From positions 1 through 22,232 of the forward strand of contig JBEGVZ010000063.1 in the NCBI GenBank assembly GCA_041178085.1: a DNA stretch of 22,232 bases. Reading direction: 5' to 3'. A program made the translations under genes and the position numbers. The notes under the pieces are model-generated. The model was not told the DNA's origin, did not search any database, and saw only the letters and a list, made by a program, of their open reading frames with translations. This document shows, piece after piece, positions 16,504 through 22,232 of the stretch. Each line of letters opens with the position of its first letter. Position 1 is the first letter of the stretch. The DNA comes from Pseudomonadota bacterium (lineage in GTDB: Bacteria > Bdellovibrionota_B > Oligoflexia > Oligoflexales > RGVZ01).

Positions 16504-16532
16504 TAATCGTCACGAAATGGCAAAGTGTTTAG
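16504..16532 (-). promoter_or_regulatory. Sigma28-like promoter for the pseudo-receiver/TPR gene
   Basis: Minus strand CTAAA-N16-GACGATTA. The spacer is one base longer than ideal; the site sits just upstream of the SD. Confidence 0.4.
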
Positions 16533-16629
16533 GGAAAATCGATGGATTTGGCAGAATCTGGAGCCCAAAATTCAGGCAGCTGCCTTTTGACGGACTGGAA
16601 AAAAACAACGAAATGACCGATCATCCCGA

Positions 16630-17670
16630 TTGGTTCACCTGTACCTGCTGGCCACCAAAAATCCAGGGAGTCCGCGCCTCATAGACCACAAGCCAAAAAT
16701 TTTTGTCGCTGGAAACGGTCCAGTAGGTTCGTGGATCGCTCACGAACTGCTCCTGTGGAATTTCGAGGTTTCCTTCCTGTTGAGCAAGGGACCACCGCGA
16801 GACGTATCCTGGAGCTTTGTCAGTGGTGACGTGACCACACCTCACAAGGTGCCAGGAATTGATCAACTCGCCATATCCATCCCCACGAAGTCTCCATCAC
16901 TGGTGATCGTCGCGACGAGGGCCAATGACCTTGCCAGCCTCTGGGACAAGCAGCTGTCCTTGTTGCCGCCAGCCAAGGACGACGGCAATGCGCATGAGAG
17001 TCCTGTCATCATGATTTGTTGCAACGGCTGGGTAGCCGAAGAAATTGCGACATGGTCGCGCCTCAGGCCGGACCTGAAATTCCTGCTTGCAGTCACCACC
17101 GCCGGGATAACCCGGGCACCCGGCAACACGTTCCTGCGCACGGATTCTGCTGGCAAAATCTGGTGGGGTCCCTTGCGATCCGAAGGTCACACTCCTGCAT
17201 GGGAAAAATCCCTGCCGCCAATTTTCGTTAACGATCCGGCCATTATTGAACGTGCACGCCGCAAGTGGCTATTCAACACCGCCGCAAACACCTTAGCTGG
17301 AGTCCTGAAATTACCGCGCAACCACTTGATGATCGACGTCCATCGCAACCGGCTGCGCCAACTTTTCGACGAGGCTTACGACCTCGGATGTGAACTCTGG
17401 CCGGAGTGGCGCGCAAAGGCCTTCAAGGAACCCGCACGCCGGGAAACCTTGTGGCATGAGCTTTGTCTCCTGATTCGTGAAACCGGAGCCAACGAAAACT
17501 CGATGAGCCGCGCGGCAAGAACAGGATCCGGAACCGCCGAGGCCCTTTATCTGGGCGGCCTCGCTTTTGAACGGACCGGTTATCCTGAACTCAAGCAGGC
17601 GACCGCCCAATTGCTCAGGGACGAACCATCTTCTCTGGACGGACGTGACGGTCAAATTCCTCGCCCGTGA
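16630..17670 (+). CDS. Ketopantoate reductase (PanE/ApbA) family protein, divergent
   Basis: Rossmann [33 protein letters not shown] (catalytic Lys/Asn), NENSM and AE..YLGG. Start uncertain. Confidence 0.75.
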   Translation: MVHLYLLATKNPGSPRLIDHKPKIFVAGNGPVGSWIAHELLLWNFEVSFLLSKGPPRDVSWSFVSGDVTTPHKVPGIDQLAISIPTKSPSLVIVATRANDLASLWDKQLSLLPPAKDDGNAHESPVIMICCNGWVAEEIATWSRLRPDLKFLLAVTTAGITRAPGNTFLRTDSAGKIWWGPLRSEGHTPAWEKSLPPIFVNDPAIIERARRKWLFNTAANTLAGVLKLPRNHLMIDVHRNRLRQLFDEAYDLGCELWPEWRAKAFKEPARRETLWHELCLLIRETGANENSMSRAARTGSGTAEALYLGGLAFERTGYPELKQATAQLLRDEPSSLDGRDGQIPRP

Positions 17671-19027
17671 TCACGCCGAGCGCCAGGGCCGCCTCGCGCA
17701 AGGTTGTTCCCTCGTGATGCGCTTTTTTTGCGACCTTTGCCGCGTTGTCATAACCGATGACCTGATTCAGGGCGGTGACAAGCATAAGAGAATTGTTCAG
17801 GTGCCTGGTGATCGCCTTGCGATCGGGTTCGATGCCGACAGCACAGTTGTCATTGAAGCTGTGCAGGGCATCCGCCAGCAATTTGCACGATTCCAGCAGG
17901 TTGTGGATCATGACGGGTTTGAACACGTTCAATTCGAAGTGACCATTGCTGCCGGCAATACCAACCGCGACATCATTCCCCATCACCTGCGCTGCAACCA
18001 TGGTCAGCGCTTCTGACTGGGTTGGATTGACCTTGCCAGGCATGATCGAACTGCCTGGCTCGTTCTCGGGAATCGTGATCTCGCCGATCCCGCAACGCGG
18101 ACCGCTGGCCAGCAGGCGGATGTCGTTGGCGATCTTCATGCAGGCCGTCGCCAGAAGGCGCGTCGCACCGCTGGCTGCAACGATCGCATCGTGCGCAGCC
18201 AACGCCATGAACTTGTTCGGCGCCGTCCGGAAGGGCAAACCGGTCAACTTGGCAATCTGGGTAGCCACGTTGCGCGCATAGTCGGGGTGCGTGTTAAGTC
18301 CGGTACCCACGGCACTCCCGCCGAGCGCCAGATCCATCAAACCGTCCAAGACCTCCTCAAGGCGCTTCTCGGAGAATTGCAGCTGCGCTGCGTATCCAGA
18401 TATCTCCTGCCCAAGCGTCAAGGGCGTCGCATCCATCAGATGGGTACGCCCAATCTTGACCACGTCGTCAAAGGCTTTCGCCTTGGATTCAAGCGTCGAA
18501 CGCAGGGCCTTCACCGCCGGAATCAGGGTCGACTTGATTGCCTCAGCCGCCGCCACGTGCATGACGGTTGGAAAGCTGTCATTGGATGATTGCGACTTGT
18601 TGACGTCGTCGTTCGGATGAATGGGCTTTTTGCTGCCCATCTCCCCGCCAGCGATTTCGATCGCACGGTTGGAAATCACCTCGTTGGCATTCATGTTCGT
18701 CTGTGTACCACTACCCGTCTGCCAGACAACCAGGGGAAAATGCGCATCGAGCTTGCCAGCGATCACTTCGTCACAGGCCTTGACGATCAGGTCACACTTG
18801 GCCTTGTCCAGCTTGCCCAGGTCAAGATTGGTCAACGCTGCAGCCTTCTTGACGATCCCGAACGCGCGGAATATCGCGGGTGAAAAACGGTGACCACCAA
18901 TCTTAAAGTTCTGCAGGGAGCGTTGCGTCTGGGCTCCCCAGTATTTGTCGGCAGGCACTTCAATCGGGCCGAAGCTGTCTGTCTCAATGCGGACCTTGCC
19001 GGCGCCTGTCTGGTTGGATGCGCTCAT
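17615..19027 (-). CDS. fumC: Class II fumarate hydratase
   Basis: [38 protein letters not shown] and [19 protein letters not shown] precedes ATG 19027. Confidence 0.97.
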   Translation of the reverse strand: MSASNQTGAGKVRIETDSFGPIEVPADKYWGAQTQRSLQNFKIGGHRFSPAIFRAFGIVKKAAALTNLDLGKLDKAKCDLIVKACDEVIAGKLDAHFPLVVWQTGSGTQTNMNANEVISNRAIEIAGGEMGSKKPIHPNDDVNKSQSSNDSFPTVMHVAAAEAIKSTLIPAVKALRSTLESKAKAFDDVVKIGRTHLMDATPLTLGQEISGYAAQLQFSEKRLEEVLDGLMDLALGGSAVGTGLNTHPDYARNVATQIAKLTGLPFRTAPNKFMALAAHDAIVAASGATRLLATACMKIANDIRLLASGPRCGIGEITIPENEPGSSIMPGKVNPTQSEALTMVAAQVMGNDVAVGIAGSNGHFELNVFKPVMIHNLLESCKLLADALHSFNDNCAVGIEPDRKAITRHLNNSLMLVTALNQVIGYDNAAKVAKKAHHEGTTLREAALALGVITGEEFDRHVRPEKMVRP

Positions 19028-20514
19028 GGAATTTCCTCCTGCTGCTGCCATGCTGCCATTTTCATGCGAACGGTGAAGGTGCTGCCCTCACCAACTTTGC
19101 TTTCCACACCCACCTCGCCACCAAGGCTGGCAACAAGATGCTTTACAATCGACAAGCCAAGGCCGGTGCCACCCATCTCGCGAGACCTGGCCTTGTCCAC
19201 ACGGTAGAACCTCTCGAATATCCGATCAAGGTGCTTCTCCGGGATTCCAATCCCGGTATCCCGGACGACAATCTCGCAATTTGCCATTTTACCGGCCGAA
19301 GGCGCTACATGTCCCTCAATCCAGACCTGGCCATCGCGATGCGTGTACTTGATCGCATTGCCAACAAGATTGTCCAGGATCTGGCGCAATGACTCACGCT
19401 CGGCTGCGACGATCAGTGGTTCTGGCGGGATGGCGATAGAAAGGGAAATGCCTTTCGACAGAGCTTCGTCCTCATGGGCCGCGGCCACTGCCTGAATGAC
19501 ATTGCGCCAGTCGACCCGCACTGCCTCGCCCGCCCCCACGGTTTCATCGGTTGATTCAATGCGTGCAAGGCTCAAGATATCCTGCACGAGGTTAGACAAA
19601 CGGTTCACATTCGCTTCGATCTTTCCAAGGAAGCGCTTCGAAGTCTCTGCGTCTTCCCCGGCTCCTCCAAGTAACATTTCGACGTAGCCCCTGATCGCAG
19701 TCAGTGGCGTCTTGAGTTCATGGGAGACGTTGGCAACAAAGTCGCGACGGACCCGTTCCAGGCGACGGATGCTGGTCATGTCATGCAAGACCACCACCAC
19801 TCCAGCGGAGGACGTCTTGCCTGGGCCCAAATCGCTGCCCTCCAGGCCGAAGGTTTGCGCCTTGGTTGAAATGTAAGTCTGTGCGCCGCGGGGCCCGAGC
19901 TTGACCTCACCGCTGGCGATACCACCTGTCAACTTGGCTTCCTCGACCACACCTGTCAGCAGCTGTAGCGCAGGAATACTGTCCACCCGCTGCCCACGAG
20001 AAGTCCGCAAATCTGAGCGCAAAAGGCGTGACGCCGCCTGGTTGCTGAACAGGATGCATCCGCCGTTGTCGATGGCAATGATGCCTTCGTCCATGGCCGA
20101 GAGCATGGAACGAAGCTGTGCACGATCACGCGTCATCGCGGCGATGCGGGAGCTGACCTCTTCACCCAGGACGTTTAATGTCTCGCCCAGGCTGCTCAAT
20201 TCGACCAGGTCAGTCGGGGCAACGCGTTCTTCGTAACGACCGCTGCGCATGGCGTCTGCCACCCGGAGCAAATCGGCCAGCGGACTGGCAACGCGTTGCG
20301 CCATCCAATAGCCGGCAACCAGCGCAACCCCGAGACCCAAGGCGGACACCTTCACTAGTGTCGCGAGGCCGCTTTCACCTGGCATGAGGATGACCTGGGC
20401 AAGAGTCGTCGCACCCCACGCGACCACCACCACCAGCACGAACGTGAAATACATCTTGCGAACCAGCAAGGGGCGCCGCGGCACACCCGCACCTGGCGTC
20501 AATCCTCCCGGCAT
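19024..20514 (-). CDS. phoR: Sensor histidine kinase (2TM-HAMP-PAS-HisKA-HATPase), PhoR-type
   Basis: [54 protein letters not shown]. Located next to phoB and pstS. Start uncertain. Confidence 0.88.
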   Translation of the reverse strand: MPGGLTPGAGVPRRPLLVRKMYFTFVLVVVVAWGATTLAQVILMPGESGLATLVKVSALGLGVALVAGYWMAQRVASPLADLLRVADAMRSGRYEERVAPTDLVELSSLGETLNVLGEEVSSRIAAMTRDRAQLRSMLSAMDEGIIAIDNGGCILFSNQAASRLLRSDLRTSRGQRVDSIPALQLLTGVVEEAKLTGGIASGEVKLGPRGAQTYISTKAQTFGLEGSDLGPGKTSSAGVVVVLHDMTSIRRLERVRRDFVANVSHELKTPLTAIRGYVEMLLGGAGEDAETSKRFLGKIEANVNRLSNLVQDILSLARIESTDETVGAGEAVRVDWRNVIQAVAAAHEDEALSKGISLSIAIPPEPLIVAAERESLRQILDNLVGNAIKYTHRDGQVWIEGHVAPSAGKMANCEIVVRDTGIGIPEKHLDRIFERFYRVDKARSREMGGTGLGLSIVKHLVASLGGEVGVESKVGEGSTFTVRMKMAAWQQQEEIP

Positions 20515-21254
20515 TTGTACCCCACACCGCGCACCGTCTGGATGAAGTCCGCCGCTTCGCCAAACTTTTTGCGAATGGCACGGATGTGGACGTCGACGTT
20601 ACGGTCGATGACGTAAACGTCAGCACCCGAAATTTGTTCGAGGATCTGGTCGCGAGAAAAAACCCTGCCGGGCCGGCTCATGAGCAGGGAAAGGAGTTTG
20701 AACTCAGCCAGAGTCAACTGGACAGCCACGCCGGAAACAGTGACCTCGTGACGGTCCGTGTCGAGCGTGACCGGACCAAGAGTGATCCTGCTGGTGCCTC
20801 CTGCCCCGCGCCCTTGGCTGGAACGGGGTTCCTCGATCGCGATGGCAGACGAAGGGCCCGGTTCGCTGAACCGCCTGGGTGTCCTGCGTAACACTGCCCT
20901 GATCCGGGCGACCAGTTCTTTGGGGCTGAACGGCTTGGAGAGGTAGTCGTCAGCACCGACCTCCAAACCGACCACAATATCGCTTTCCTCGCTGCGGGCA
21001 GTCAGCATGACAATTGGCATGGACCGGTCGAAACCCTCTTCACGAATCTTGCGACACAAGGTCAGCCCGTCCATGCCGGGGAGCATGATGTCCAGCACGG
21101 CAAGGGTGAAGGCACGGGTCCGGAGTAGTTCCAGGGCATCGCGGCCATTTCCAGCGCAAGTGACGCGAAAGCCCTCACGCTCCAGGACGTACTGGACGAT
21201 CTCGCAGATATCGGCCTCGTCCTCGACGACCAGAATCGATTGCTCGCCAATCAT
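20499..21254 (-). CDS. phoB: OmpR/PhoB-family response regulator
   Basis: ILVVEDE, LDIMLPG, MLTARSEESD...GADDYLSKPFSPKEL and winged helix RNVDVHI...TVRGVGY. Divergent from pstS. Confidence 0.88.
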   Translation of the reverse strand: MIGEQSILVVEDEADICEIVQYVLEREGFRVTCAGNGRDALELLRTRAFTLAVLDIMLPGMDGLTLCRKIREEGFDRSMPIVMLTARSEESDIVVGLEVGADDYLSKPFSPKELVARIRAVLRRTPRRFSEPGPSSAIAIEEPRSSQGRGAGGTSRITLGPVTLDTDRHEVTVSGVAVQLTLAEFKLLSLLMSRPGRVFSRDQILEQISGADVYVIDRNVDVHIRAIRKKFGEAADFIQTVRGVGYKCRED

Positions 21255-21336
21255 GGCAGGGCTCCTCCCGGGATGCTCCTGAATTACCAGCTTCAGGCCC
21301 CCCGAAACAATGCCAGCGTGCAGCCGGCCGGGAATG

Positions 21337-21361
21337 TTAAGTCCTCATTAATTCGCCTCAA
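21337..21361. promoter_or_regulatory. Candidate Pho-box-like direct repeats
   Basis: TTAA at 21337 and 21348 (11 bp period) and TCAA at 21358, between the divergent phoB and pstS. Confidence 0.3.
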
Positions 21362-21453
21362 GGCGATACCGGGTCGGTCTGAAATCTGCTATCAAAGTTC
21401 ATACGCATTGTTTCTGATTAATTTTTAAGCAGAGCTACCCCGGAGATTAGCCC

Positions 21454-22232
21454 ATGACTGAGCCTTTCCGTAAAAAACCGTACCGGTTCCGCCACCCCGT
21501 CACCGTGCTTGCAATGGCCATCCTCAACGGTTTCGCCGCCCTAACTGGCACCAACGCGGCGGCCGCCACCCTGATCAACGGCGCAGGCTCCACTTTCGCG
21601 CAACCCCTCTACAATCGCTGGTTCAGCGACTACCGCAAAGTCGACACGAGCGTCGCCATCAATTACCAGGGCGTTGGTAGCAGCGGCGGGATCCGCCAAC
21701 TTCTGGCCGGGACGGTCGATTTTGGCGCCTCCGACGAACCCATGTCGGCCGAAGAGAATGGCAAGGCAAAGAGCCCGATCCATCACATCCCCACGGCGAT
21801 GGGTGCCGTCGCAATTTCCTATAACCTGCCTGGCAACCCGGCCCTGAAGCTGACCCCGGAAATCGCCGGGGAGCTCTTCCTTGGCAACATCAAAAATTGG
21901 AACGACCCGAAAATCGCAGCAGCAAACCCGGGCATCAAACTGCCTGACCTTGCGGTCGCCGTGACCTACCGCTCGGATGGCAGCGGGACCACCGCGGTCA
22001 TGACCGAATATCTTTCAGCTGTGAGCCCGGCCTGGAAGGCGAAAGTCGGCCAAGGCAAATCCGTAAAATGGCCGGTGGGTGTTGGTGGCAAGGGCAACGC
22101 GGGCGTTGCTGGCGTGATCAAGCAAAACCCAGGCACCGTCGGCTACGTGGAACTCGTGTTTGCAGTTTCGAACAACCTGCCGGTGGCGGCGATCAAAAAT
22201 GCATCCGGACAATTTGTGCTGCCGTCCGTGGC
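21454..22232 (+). CDS. pstS: Phosphate ABC transporter substrate-binding protein (partial, runs off the right edge; missing from the ORF track)
   Basis: Manual translation gives a signal peptide, then INGAGSTFAQPLY..W, NYQGVGSSGG, VDFGASD, YRSDGSGTT, GGKGNAGV and GYVE. SD GGAG upstream. Confidence 0.95.
   Translation, partial: MTEPFRKKPYRFRHPVTVLAMAILNGFAALTGTNAAAATLINGAGSTFAQPLYNRWFSDYRKVDTSVAINYQGVGSSGGIRQLLAGTVDFGASDEPMSAEENGKAKSPIHHIPTAMGAVAISYNLPGNPALKLTPEIAGELFLGNIKNWNDPKIAAANPGIKLPDLAVAVTYRSDGSGTTAVMTEYLSAVSPAWKAKVGQGKSVKWPVGVGGKGNAGVAGVIKQNPGTVGYVELVFAVSNNLPVAAIKNASGQFVLPSV

Overview
Gene-dense, fairly GC-rich bacterial chromosomal segment. RpoZ and general gene style suggest a Bdellovibrionota/Oligoflexia or other delta-type organism (inference only). 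Recognisable genes: partial fabF, a DODA/YgiD dioxygenase, a lone lptF-type permease, a transpeptidase-only PBP, nnr, a gamma-carbonic-anhydrase-family gene, pdxA-uvrA, rpoZ, a ketopantoate-reductase-family gene, phoB-phoR-fumC and partial pstS. I found no RNA genes, CRISPR arrays or mobile elements. The best candidates for undescribed biology are: (1) a four-gene block next to rpoZ, with two strongly diverged but gap-free-alignable ~125 aa tandem paralogues flanked by two genes carrying sigma28-like promoters, one a pseudo-receiver/TPR protein; (2) a translationally coupled transpeptidase + TPR/outer-membrane beta-barrel pair; (3) an exported HExxxH metallopeptidase-like gene behind a near-consensus sigma54 promoter and a GU-rich repeat leader; (4) a UvrA lacking most of its insertion domain.
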